The notes below the pieces were generated by a model that saw nothing but the letters and a program-made list of their open reading frames with translations, did not search any database and was not told where the DNA came from. A DNA stretch of 53,003 bases from Kiloniellales bacterium (GTDB taxonomy: Bacteria > Pseudomonadota > Alphaproteobacteria > Kiloniellales > JAKSDN01): contig JBHJOF010000004.1 in assembly GCA_050330055.1 (NCBI GenBank), forward strand, positions 1 to 53,003, read 5' to 3'. Each line of letters begins with the position of its first letter. Within the stretch, counting starts at the first letter, position 1. The translations under genes and the position numbers were made by a program. Of this stretch, positions 28,798 through 38,572 are shown piece after piece.

Positions 28798-29412
28798 GTG
28801 TTGCGCGACGCCCGCGGCACCACTGGCTTGACTGAGAGCGAGGTGCTGCGCTTGACCGCATCCGCAGAAGCCTATCCTGCCCTTGTCCTCAATGCGGACT
28901 TCCGTCCGCTGAGCTACTTCCCGTTGTCGCTCTGGTCCTGGCAAGACTCGGTCAAGGCGGTCTTTCTCGAACGGGTCAACATCATCTCGGAGTACGAGCG
29001 CGTCGTGCGCTCGCCGAGCTTCGAGATGCGCCTGCCCAGCGTCATCTCGCTCAAGGAATACGTCCACCTGGACCGGCGCCCGGCCTTCACGCGATTCAAC
29101 GTCTTCCTGCGCGACCGCTTTACCTGCCAGTACTGCGGCGACGACCTGCCGTCGGAGGACCTGACCTTCGACCATCTGGTGCCGCGCTCGCGCGGCGGCC
29201 GCACGACCTGGACGAACGTCATCACCGCCTGCCAGATCTGCAACCTGCGCAAGGGCGACCGCATGCCCCGGGAGTGCGGCATGCATCCGCTCAAGCCGGC
29301 GAGCCAGCCCTCGACCTACCAGCTGCAGGAAAATGGCCGCGCCTTTCCGCCCAACTTCCTGCACGAGAGCTGGAACGACTTCCTCTACTGGGATACCGAG
29401 CTGGAAGACTAG
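28798..29412 (+). CDS. HNH endonuclease family protein
   Basis: CQYCGDDLPSEDLTFDHLVPRSRGGRTTWTNVITACQICNLRKG gives the HNH motif with two CxxC zinc pairs. Confidence 0.8.
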   Translation: MLRDARGTTGLTESEVLRLTASAEAYPALVLNADFRPLSYFPLSLWSWQDSVKAVFLERVNIISEYERVVRSPSFEMRLPSVISLKEYVHLDRRPAFTRFNVFLRDRFTCQYCGDDLPSEDLTFDHLVPRSRGGRTTWTNVITACQICNLRKGDRMPRECGMHPLKPASQPSTYQLQENGRAFPPNFLHESWNDFLYWDTELED

Positions 29413-29455
29413 GCGCCGCACGAAGCAATTCTCCGCCGCCGCTTGATCGCGTGTT

Positions 29456-29537
29456 CCTCATCCTTCGACAGGCTCAGGATGAGGCTTGGAGAGGCCGACA
29501 CAGAGGCCCTCATGCTGAGCTTGTCGAAGTATGAGGG
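29456..29537. repeat. MITE/REP-like inverted repeat (family A, second copy)
   Basis: cctcatccttcgacaggctcaggatgagg (29456-29484) pairs with ccctcatgctgagcttgtcgaagtatgaggg (29507-29537). It shares the tccttcgacaggctcagga core with 8221-8329. Confidence 0.65.
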
Positions 29538-29579
29538 CCGGAACGACCGCTCGCTACTCAGCAAGAAAACTCTGCCGCT

Positions 29580-30179
29580 CTAGATCCGCTCCGACAGCCA
29601 GATCGCCAGGCGCGAGCCGGCCTTGATGGCGCCGGACAGCAGCCCATAGGCCGGCGCCTGCTCGGCGCCCGCGGCGAGCGCCGTGTCGCGGTGCTCGAGC
29701 TCCTCGCGGCGGAACTCCTCGATGGTCTCCTGCAGCGGCGCCTCGTCGGGCCCGAACTTTTCCGCCTGCCTAGCATAATGCTCGTTGATCACCTCCTCGA
29801 CCGCCACGGTGCAGGCCATGGCCGCCTTCTCGCCGAGCAGCGCGGTGCCGGCGCCGAGCGCAAAGCCGGCGACGTGCCAGAGCGGCTGCAGCAGGGTGGG
29901 ACGCACGCGGCGCTCGACCATCAGCTTCTCGAAGGTCTGCAGGTGGCGCAGCTCCTGGGCGTGCATATGCAGCAGCGTCGGCGCGCTGCGGCCGCGGCCG
30001 AGCACCGCGAGCTGGCCCTCGTAGATGCGCCGGGCGCCGTATTCGCCGGCGTGATCGACGCGGATCGTGCGCTCGACCAGGGCGCGCGGGCCAAGGTCGC
30101 CGGGCAGGCGTGGCCGGCGCCGGCGCTTTGCCTTCGCCGGCGTCTCGTCGTCGCTGGTCGCTCGTCCAGGCTCGGTCAT
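29580..30179 (-). CDS. coq7: demethoxyubiquinone hydroxylase (di-iron Coq7 family)
   Basis: The C-terminal 199 aa of ORF 29580..31046, from the ATG at 30179 (MTEPGRATSDD). It has VDHAGEYGARRIY, EELRHL, EEVINEHY and EELEHRD, the di-iron ExxH repeats. Confidence 0.85.
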   Translation of the reverse strand: MTEPGRATSDDETPAKAKRRRRPRLPGDLGPRALVERTIRVDHAGEYGARRIYEGQLAVLGRGRSAPTLLHMHAQELRHLQTFEKLMVERRVRPTLLQPLWHVAGFALGAGTALLGEKAAMACTVAVEEVINEHYARQAEKFGPDEAPLQETIEEFRREELEHRDTALAAGAEQAPAYGLLSGAIKAGSRLAIWLSERI

Positions 30180-30742
30180 GCGTGCAGCTCTCGTCGCCCT
30201 TTCCGCCCCCCTCTCCACCCCCCATGCCGCCGGGGACTCACGGCCAGCCACAGGCTCGCGGCGGCCAGGAGCAGGGAGGCGATGACATTGTAGGCGGCCA
30301 TGGAGAGACCGAACAGCGACCACTGCACCTCGTCGCAGGGCACAAAGGATTGGCTCAGCATCTGCTCGCGCAGCTGGTCGATCGAGAGACTGGGATCGAA
30401 GACCGGTGCGTGACATTCCGCCGTGCCGCGCCACCAGTGCTGCTCGACGCCGACGTGGAAGGCGGCGATGCCGGCGCCGGCCAGGAAGCTGAGGCCGGCC
30501 AGCGCCAGGCAGGCGCGCAGCACGGTCGGCCAGCCGGCAAGCAGGACGCCGATCAGGCCGAAGCCGAAGGCCACGCCATAGGCGTAGCGCTGGTAGTAGC
30601 ACAGGATGCAGGGCTGCAGCCCGCCCCAGACCTCCGAGGCGTAGGCGATGGCGAGCGCGGCCAGCGCCGCTGCCATGATCAGGGTCGGCGCGAGCCGCGG
30701 CCTTGCGTAGAAGCGCTGCAACATGACACCAGGTATAGCCAT
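30176..30742 (-). CDS. DsbB-family disulfide bond formation protein
   Basis: It has a CxxC in GGLQPCILCYYQRYAYG and a second Cys pair (ECHAP...VPCDEVQW), with four TM segments. The stop overlaps the coq7 start (ATGA at 30176-30179). The start could be 30742 or 30724. Confidence 0.75.
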   Translation of the reverse strand: MAIPGVMLQRFYARPRLAPTLIMAAALAALAIAYASEVWGGLQPCILCYYQRYAYGVAFGFGLIGVLLAGWPTVLRACLALAGLSFLAGAGIAAFHVGVEQHWWRGTAECHAPVFDPSLSIDQLREQMLSQSFVPCDEVQWSLFGLSMAAYNVIASLLLAAASLWLAVSPRRHGGWRGGRKGRRELHA

Positions 30743-30775
30743 CGCGTCGCCGGCGCGCCAGACCGCCCCGATCAA

Positions 30776-31357
30776 CTAAAAGAGATAGCGCACGGCGACG
30801 AAGCCGCCGAACAGCAGGATGAAGAAGAGGGTCGCGAGCAGCGGCAGGTTGTTCTCGATGAAGCGGCGGATCGGCGGGCCGAAGTACCACAGCAAGGCCG
30901 CCAGTAGGAAGAAGCGCGCGCCGCGCGAGACCACCGAGGCCAGCGTGAAGGTGGCGAGGTCGAGGTCCATGACGCCGCTGGCGATGGTGATGACCTTGTA
31001 GGGGAAGGGCGTGAAGCCGGCCCCGGCGACGATCCACCAGCCCCACTCGCTGTAGATTTCCTGGAAGGCGGCGAAGCGCTCGCCGTAGCCGTAGAACTGC
31101 AGGATCGGCCGGCCGACCGCCTCGAACAGGCCGGCGCCGATGGCGTAGCCGAGGAAGCCGCCCAGCACCGAGGCGACGGTGGCGATCAGCGCGATGCGCC
31201 AGGCCCGGTCGCGGGCCGCCAACACCATGGGGATCATGATTACGTCGGGGGGGATCGGGAAGACCGAGCTCTCGACGAAGGAGATCAGCGCCAGGGCGGC
31301 CAGCGCATGGCGGTGCGCGGCCAGGCCCATGGTCCAGTCGTAAAGGGAACGCAGCAC
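30776..31357 (-). CDS. YqaA/DedA-superfamily (VTT domain) membrane protein
   Basis: LRSLYDWTMGLAAHRHALAALALISFVESSVFPIPPDV matches the YqaA N-terminal pattern. The GTG at 31357 is a tentative start. Confidence 0.7.
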   Translation of the reverse strand: MLRSLYDWTMGLAAHRHALAALALISFVESSVFPIPPDVIMIPMVLAARDRAWRIALIATVASVLGGFLGYAIGAGLFEAVGRPILQFYGYGERFAAFQEIYSEWGWWIVAGAGFTPFPYKVITIASGVMDLDLATFTLASVVSRGARFFLLAALLWYFGPPIRRFIENNLPLLATLFFILLFGGFVAVRYLF

Positions 31358-31494
31358 GGATCGCCGTCGAGCCGGTGAGGGAGCGCGAGCTTTAGCAGGC
31401 GGCGGCCAGGGCGGCAATCGTTCGGGTGCCGGCCGGTGCATTCTGCTAGGCTCGCACCAGAGCGCCGAGCCATTCTGTTCCAGGGGAGCTGCCG

Positions 31495-31902
31495 ATGCGC
31501 GACGAGGCTAGCGTGCTCTTCGCCAACGATGCCTTCTACGAGGCCTTCCGCCAGCGCGACCTGGAGACCATGGACAAGCTCTGGGCGCGCCGTCGGCCGG
31601 TCGCCTGCACCCACCCCGGCTGGCGCACCCTGATCGGCCGCGAGGAAGTCATGGAGAGCTGGGCCGGTATCCTGGGCAACCCGGGCTCGCCGGCCATCAC
31701 CTGCCGCAACGCCATCGCCTTCGTCGAGGGCGACAGCGCGTTCGTCACCTGCTACGAGGCGGTCGGAGGCAACGTGCTGGCCGCCACCAACATCTTCACC
31801 CTGGAGGACGGCCAGTGGCGCCTGGTGCATCACCAGGCCGGCCCCAGCGAGCTGCCGCTCTCCGCCCTCGACGACGCGCCCGAGCCGGGGCCGGTGCAGT
31901 AG
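31495..31902 (+). CDS. SnoaL-like / NTF2-fold protein
   Basis: 135 aa. ANDAFYEAFRQRDLETMDKLWA...ACTHPGW...TNIFTLEDGQWRLVHHQA is typical of the DUF4440/SnoaL fold. Confidence 0.6.
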   Translation: MRDEASVLFANDAFYEAFRQRDLETMDKLWARRRPVACTHPGWRTLIGREEVMESWAGILGNPGSPAITCRNAIAFVEGDSAFVTCYEAVGGNVLAATNIFTLEDGQWRLVHHQAGPSELPLSALDDAPEPGPVQ

Positions 31903-31963
31903 TCAGATGTCAGAAGTCAGGACACTGACAGCCGTCTCCAAGCCCTTGTTTCTGACATCTGAC
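31902..31963. repeat. 14-bp perfect inverted repeat with a 34-nt spacer
   Basis: gtcagatgtcagaa (31902-31915) pairs with ttctgacatctgac (31950-31963). gtcag / tgacatc units recur inside. It starts in the stop codon of the NTF2-like gene. Confidence 0.7.
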
Positions 31964-31989
31964 ATCCTGCTCCTGGCCGCACTGCCAAA

Positions 31990-32048
31990 TTGCCATGGCG
32001 TCCGGCTCGTCTATAAGGACGTGCTGGTTCGAGTCCGGCCAGGGGCAC
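31990..32048 (+). pseudogene. internally deleted copy of the tRNA-Leu(CAA) locus (upstream leader plus 3-prime 34 nt only)
   Basis: 31990-32014 (ttgccatggcgtccggctcgtctat) matches 38167-38191 at 22 of 25 positions. 32015-32048 (aaggacgtgctggttcgagtccggccaggggcac) is identical to 38256-38289. The intervening 64 nt, including the acceptor 5-prime strand, D-arm and anticodon arm, are absent. Confidence 0.8.
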
Positions 32049-32070
32049 AACGACCCGCTCGCCGGCCCGC

Positions 32071-33218
32071 CTAGAGGCCGAGCCAACCGGCGACGATGTT
32101 GCGCTGGATCTCCGAGGTGCCGGAGTAGAGGCGGCTGCCCACCGCATCGCGCAGCGCCCGCTCGACCTCGTACTCGGTCAGGAAACCGTAGCCGCCGAAC
32201 AGCTGGATCGTGTCGAGCGCCGCGCGGAGCAGGGACTCGCTCACGAACAGCTTCGAGATCGAGGCATCGAGAGACACGCTCTTCGAGCGCTCGAGGTTCC
32301 ACGCTGCCTTGTAGGTCAAGAGGCGCGCCGCCTCGAGTTGCACCTTCATGTCGGCGATCTTGTGCGCTACCGCCTGAAAGGTGGCGATCGTCTTTCCGGA
32401 CTGCCGCCGGGTGCGGGCATAGTCGATCGCCCTTTCGATCAGCCGTTCGATAGTCCCGACGTGGGTGGCGAAGAGACAGCTGCGCTCCCATTCCATGGAA
32501 TGGACGAACAGTGGTGCGCCCGCCCCGACGCCGCCCAGCACGGCCGCGGCCGGCACGCGCACCTCCTCGAACAGCAGCTCGCTGAAAGGCGAGGTGCGCA
32601 GGCCCATCTTCTCGAACTTCTGGCCCACCCGGTAGCCGAGCGTGTCGCGCTCGACGATGAAGGCGGTGATGCCGCCATGGAAGCCCCGCTCAGGGTCGGT
32701 GACCGCAAACACGAGGGCAAGGTCGGCGACCGGCCCGTTGCTGATGAAGGTCTTCGTGCCGGTGATGCGAAAGCCGTCGCCGTCGGGCTCGGCGCGGGTA
32801 CGGAGCGCAAAGGCATCGGAGCCGGAGCCCGGCTCCGTCATGGCATTGGCGGCGATCAGGCGGCCGTCACACAGACCAGGCAGATAGCGCTGCTTCTGTT
32901 CCTCGCTTCCGAACTTCCAGATCGGCACGACGCAGGACAGCAGGTGCGCCGCGACCGAGAAAACGAGACCGGAGTCCTCGCAGCCATAGCCGAAGGACTC
33001 GAGGGCGATCGCCGTCGACAGGGAATCGAGGCCCGCGCCGCCGTACTCCGCCGGCACCGGCAGGCCGGTCAGACCCATCTCGGCACAGGCCTGCCACAGT
33101 TCGCGCTGGAACAGCTGGCCGCGATCGCGCTCGATCATCCCGTCGTTCAGCTTGGCCCGGGCGAAGCGCGTAATCTCGGCGCGCAGGATTCGCTGCTCCT
33201 CGCTCAACGCGAAATCCA

Positions 33219-33219
<1 letters not shown>
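32071..33219 (-). CDS. acyl-CoA dehydrogenase family flavoenzyme (probably acts on a carrier-protein thioester)
   Basis: 382 aa with the full ACAD fold blocks (AMTEPGSGSD, FISNGPVADL, GYGFLTEY). The MCAD-type catalytic Glu position reads YSGTSE (Ser366). A Glu is present at the IVD-type position (MEWERS, Glu245). The start overlaps the ligase stop (TGATG). Confidence 0.85.
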
Positions 33220-34783
<1,564 letters not shown>

Positions 34784-34787
<4 letters not shown>

Positions 34788-35056
34788 GGCCTTGGCCCGC
34801 CCCAGCCCCGCTTCGATGCCACAAAGTCGGCAATATGCGCGATCGTGTTCAAGTTATCCGCGTCCAGCTCATGCGGCTGGACATTGATGCCGTAAGTTTC
34901 CTCGAGAAAGGCGACGAGCTTGAGCGTAGCCAGCGAGTCGAGGATACCGGAGCTGATCAGCTCTATAGTGTCCTGCAGGCTGTCGGCGCTCTCGCCGGGC
35001 AGGAACTCCTTCAGGATGTACTGTCTGACCTCGTCCTTGATTGCTGGCATGTCCAT
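34784..35056 (-). CDS. acyl/aminoacyl carrier protein (DltC-like)
   Basis: 90 aa from the ATG at 35056, preceded by AGGAG. The phosphopantetheine motif is GILDSLATLKLV (Ser41, codon 34934-34936). Confidence 0.8.
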
Positions 35057-35103
35057 CCCTTGACTCCTAGCTGTCAGGTAATCCTGGGCATTGTGTTGAC
35101 TTT

Positions 35104-37701
35104 CTATCGGGGAAAAGTCGACGCTATATGATCGTCCGTTTGGCGCAGGAGGTCGTAGAGTCGATCTGCGATCAGCTGATGACCGAGCACGTTCGGGTGG
35201 TGATCCCAGCGTGCGACCCACAACGACGATAGGTCATGCCCCTCGTAGACGCCTGTGAGATCGATCACGGCAAAGCCCGCCTCGCGCGCAAGACGCGCCT
35301 CTAGCTCCGGCATGCTGCCCTCGTCCGACTTTTCCGGCCGTGGCAGAAAGGCCCAAACCACCGGGACGCCTTGCTCCAGGCTGACATCCGCCATCCGCTG
35401 ATAGACAACAGACAGGATCCCCTCTTCGTAGGGTGCGAGCTTGCGTTCCAACACGTAGGGATCCGTCGTCCTGTCGATATCGCTTTCCCTGACGGCTGCT
35501 TTGGCAAGTATTTCATGGCGGACGTCGTAGGGCTGGTTGATTCCCTTCTGCAGGACCTCCGCAATCGTGCTGATCACGGTCCTGGCCACATCGGCATGCT
35601 CAACGTAGAGGATCAGGTCAGGAGAGAAGTCGAGCACCTTGCTTTCTAGCTGCACGAGGCGCTGAAGGGGACTGTAGGCGCCTACGCCGAAGTTCAGGAC
35701 TTCGTATCGAGCATAGTTGCTGCCGGAAACTGCGCTGTTAAGTCGCTCCTCCAGAATGGCGCCGAAGGTCTCGTCGTTCTCGACGCCATTGCCAAAAACG
35801 AAGGAGGCGCCGAGCAGCGCAATGCGGAACGTTGCTGGCGGCGGAGTCTTCTCATAGTCTCGGTCGCGCATCCCCCAGCGGTTTGTGCGCACGAGCGCTC
35901 CCGCATGCCGCATCTCAAGCGACGGCCGCAGAGCGAACAGCATCAAGTTTGGTGTTTCCTGGACGAGGTCCGACTCGCGCAGTCGGCCCCACTCCTCCGG
36001 TCGCGTTCGGTAGACCTCCCAAAGCTCGGCATTGAACACGCCGACATCGAGAAGGCTTTCGTAGTATCCCCCTTCGAACTTGGCGAAGTCGCGCCGATTG
36101 AGCTCGGAGTCCCTCAGGCTGGCCATCAGCTGGCGCGCCGTCGAGCCCAAGGGCTCGTAGACGGCCGGAAGCGAAACGATGAGCAGCAATGTGGCAGCCA
36201 CGGTCATCCGCGCCGCCGATTGCACAAAGTTGAATTTCCAGTCGGCCTGGCCGCGCGCGAGCAGGGCCGCCGGCACGGCCACGCCAAGCGCGGCCGCGAG
36301 CAGCATTGCCACGGCCTCCGGGTAAAGCTCCTGCGCCTGCCACAGCACCGCCCAAATGGAGAGCCACTCGCCAACCGAGCTGGCACTCCAGAACGACCAG
36401 AGTAGCGCGATGGAAAGGAACACGCCTAGCGTGCGCAGCGCCGTCGTCGCCGTTTCGCGCAGGGACAAGGCCTCTCCCGCCAGCCTCCGTCTGCGGCCCT
36501 TTTTTGTTTCATAAACCGCGTTGACGACGACCAGCAGGCCCAGAAATCCCCAAAAGAGGCTGTCGTTCCAACTCACCAGCGCCGCACCGCGAATCCAGAA
36601 CCACTGATAGGAGTGCAACAGCCATGTCATGAAAAATGCGCAAAGCGTCGCGATCACCAGTGCCGCGGTTTCGCCATGCCCGCGTATTCTGAAGAACACC
36701 GGATAGAACACCACTTTCATTATGAAGTCTTTCCAGTAGATGTTTATCCGCCGCCAGAAATCGGTGAAGCTCGATGACAGGAAGTAGAGCTTGTGCGTTT
36801 CCGGGAGATTGAATCCAAAGAGGTGTAGTAGCCCCGTGATGATGTGAAAAGTGCCGGAGACGCGCAGATAGAGAAGGAACGGCCACAGGAAGTACTGCAC
36901 GGCGTCACGGCTGTTTGCGACGTCAGCCGCGTCGATGACGAAGTTGTGATAAATCAATCGGTAGAGAATGAGGTGCAGGACTCCGCGGAAAAGCCAGTGG
37001 ATTCCCGTCTGATAGATCTCATGCCGGTCAGGCTGGTTGTAGTAGGTCCGCCGAAACGTCTGGAAATCGACGACCGGAAACAGCGGAAAACAGACGTTCG
37101 GCAGCATGAAGAAATAGGCGAGCGTCTGCGAAAGACTTGCCGGTTTGCTTTCGTGCCGCAGGTGATGGAGATAGAGGATCATCCGGAACATGACCATCGA
37201 GGCAACGATCGGCCAAATGGCGTTCGACCAAGGCACCGGGATCAGGTCCGCCCGGGCGAGCGCAAGAACGCCGCCCACCGCGACTAGCAGGGCAACCCGC
37301 AGGGCAAAGCGCACTGGCAGATGGCACAGCACGATGAGCCCGAGGACGATGGCGATGATCCAGGCGCCCTGCGCGAGGCCTTGCAGCGACCACTGTTCTT
37401 CCTGAAATCCGAAAACCAGCTCGATGCCGACCAGCGATAGGAAGACGAAGAATGGCAAGCGAAAGCGGAACGGCAGGAGGTAGTGAATGGACCAGCCGAC
37501 AAAGATCAGAATCGAGAGGTGCAGGAAGGCCCGGCTCTCCAGCCTGAACTGATAAACCAGAAGAATAAAGAGGCCGAGCTGAAATCCAATGGCAACATAG
37601 TGTCCGAGGCTAAATCCCTGCCCCTTGGCTAGGGTCAAGACCTTGGTCGCGTGCGACGCCGCCGTGCCAAACGTGGGTATAGTCAAAGCAATGCCCCCCA
37701 T
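35104..37701 (-). CDS. MBOAT (DltB/AlgI-like) membrane acyltransferase fused to a C-terminal SGNH/DltD-like domain
   Basis: 865 aa. The polytopic N-terminal half has the MBOAT signature GFNLPETHKLYFLSSSFTDFWRRINIYW and invariant-type His363 (TWLLHSYQ). The C-terminal soluble domain, from about residue 520, has FRIALLGASFVFG (Ser633) and RWDHHPNVLGH (Asp833/His835). Confidence 0.8.
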   Translation of the reverse strand: MGGIALTIPTFGTAASHATKVLTLAKGQGFSLGHYVAIGFQLGLFILLVYQFRLESRAFLHLSILIFVGWSIHYLLPFRFRLPFFVFLSLVGIELVFGFQEEQWSLQGLAQGAWIIAIVLGLIVLCHLPVRFALRVALLVAVGGVLALARADLIPVPWSNAIWPIVASMVMFRMILYLHHLRHESKPASLSQTLAYFFMLPNVCFPLFPVVDFQTFRRTYYNQPDRHEIYQTGIHWLFRGVLHLILYRLIYHNFVIDAADVANSRDAVQYFLWPFLLYLRVSGTFHIITGLLHLFGFNLPETHKLYFLSSSFTDFWRRINIYWKDFIMKVVFYPVFFRIRGHGETAALVIATLCAFFMTWLLHSYQWFWIRGAALVSWNDSLFWGFLGLLVVVNAVYETKKGRRRRLAGEALSLRETATTALRTLGVFLSIALLWSFWSASSVGEWLSIWAVLWQAQELYPEAVAMLLAAALGVAVPAALLARGQADWKFNFVQSAARMTVAATLLLIVSLPAVYEPLGSTARQLMASLRDSELNRRDFAKFEGGYYESLLDVGVFNAELWEVYRTRPEEWGRLRESDLVQETPNLMLFALRPSLEMRHAGALVRTNRWGMRDRDYEKTPPPATFRIALLGASFVFGNGVENDETFGAILEERLNSAVSGSNYARYEVLNFGVGAYSPLQRLVQLESKVLDFSPDLILYVEHADVARTVISTIAEVLQKGINQPYDVRHEILAKAAVRESDIDRTTDPYVLERKLAPYEEGILSVVYQRMADVSLEQGVPVVWAFLPRPEKSDEGSMPELEARLAREAGFAVIDLTGVYEGHDLSSLWVARWDHHPNVLGHQLIADRLYDLLRQTDDHIASTFPR

Positions 37702-38204
37702 GCACGCGGGTGCAGCTATGCGGTCCTGAACCAGCCCCGATTAGGCACCGGACCAGCATCCAGAGCATGCTCGGGATGCTTCGGCTCCTCCCGCGCGGTG
37801 GCGCTCGCTCCCGGCATTTATTGCCGCCCGTTTGAGGCGCCAGGGCCCTTCTATGGGCCGACGGACGCAGAAGTCCGCCGCCAGCCTGGGCGCTTCGCCG
37901 AGCCTCTCCCTTTTATCAGCTTTTGCCCATTCCGCAATCACTTGAGCGCGACCGATTCTGCAAGTGCCTAAAGCACCGGACCTTTTTTGGCGAGCACCAG
38001 AGGACCCTGCGTCAGCACGGCGTTGGACCGGCGACACCGGACCTGGCCGGGACAGGAGGAGCAGGGACAGGGCAACCCGCCGGGCGCTCGCCCCATGCCG
38101 TGCCGCGCGACTGCGCCGCCGACGAGCTTGATGTGCGGGGAGCCCGGCTTCTGGCCGCTTGCCCGGTTGCCATGGTGCACGGCTCGTCTATGATGCCGGC
38201 CCGT

Positions 38205-38291
38205 GCCCCTGTGGCGGAATTGGTAGACGCGACAGACTCAAAATCTGTTGTCCGCAAGGACGTGCTGGTTCGAGTCCGGCCAGGGGCACCA
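38205..38291 (+). tRNA. tRNA-Leu, anticodon CAA, CCA encoded
   Basis: Hand-folded cloverleaf: acceptor gcccctg/caggggc, anticodon stem acaga/tctgt with loop ctCAAaa, a long variable arm (class II), T-arm gctgg ttcgagt ccggc, discriminator A, then CCA. Confidence 0.9.
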
Positions 38292-38572
38292 TTATCTTGT
38301 GAAGCAGGAACAGAATCTGCCATCGGCCACCGCGTTGATGGACGCTCGGAATCCGATCCATGGCCGAAACCGTGCCCGTCGCCTGCACCGGATCGACCCG
38401 AGGTTGGGGGATACACGCAGTGGTAATATCCGGACGCTAGGCTGCGGTTGCCATGATAAGCGACGGCAGCCGCAGCATCCCGTCGCCACGCCAAGCCTTT
38501 AGGGGGTTTGAACCGCAAATGAACGGGCCGAGGCAGAACCGCGAGGAAGTGGCGGGCGAGGCGCGCGGGGTC

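Noticed and set aside
29580-31046. 488-aa ORF spanning coq7, dsbB and part of yqaA
   Set aside because: Only the last 199 aa are Coq7-like. The upstream part overlaps the well-supported DsbB and YqaA frames and is compositionally junk.
31995-32453. 152-aa + strand ORF beginning inside the truncated tRNA copy, and 38248..38502 beginning inside the intact tRNA
   Set aside because: They arise from translating tRNA-derived sequence (both give TCWFESGQGH) and then run antisense to real genes or through non-coding DNA. They are not credible genes.
37702-38204. Search for an integrase, excisionase or transposase remnant next to the tRNA
   Set aside because: The only ORFs here (37741..38037, 37923..38426, 37968..38180) are short and low-complexity, and I recognise no tyrosine or serine recombinase motifs. 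I therefore do not call the segment a mobile element, only a repeat-bracketed segment.
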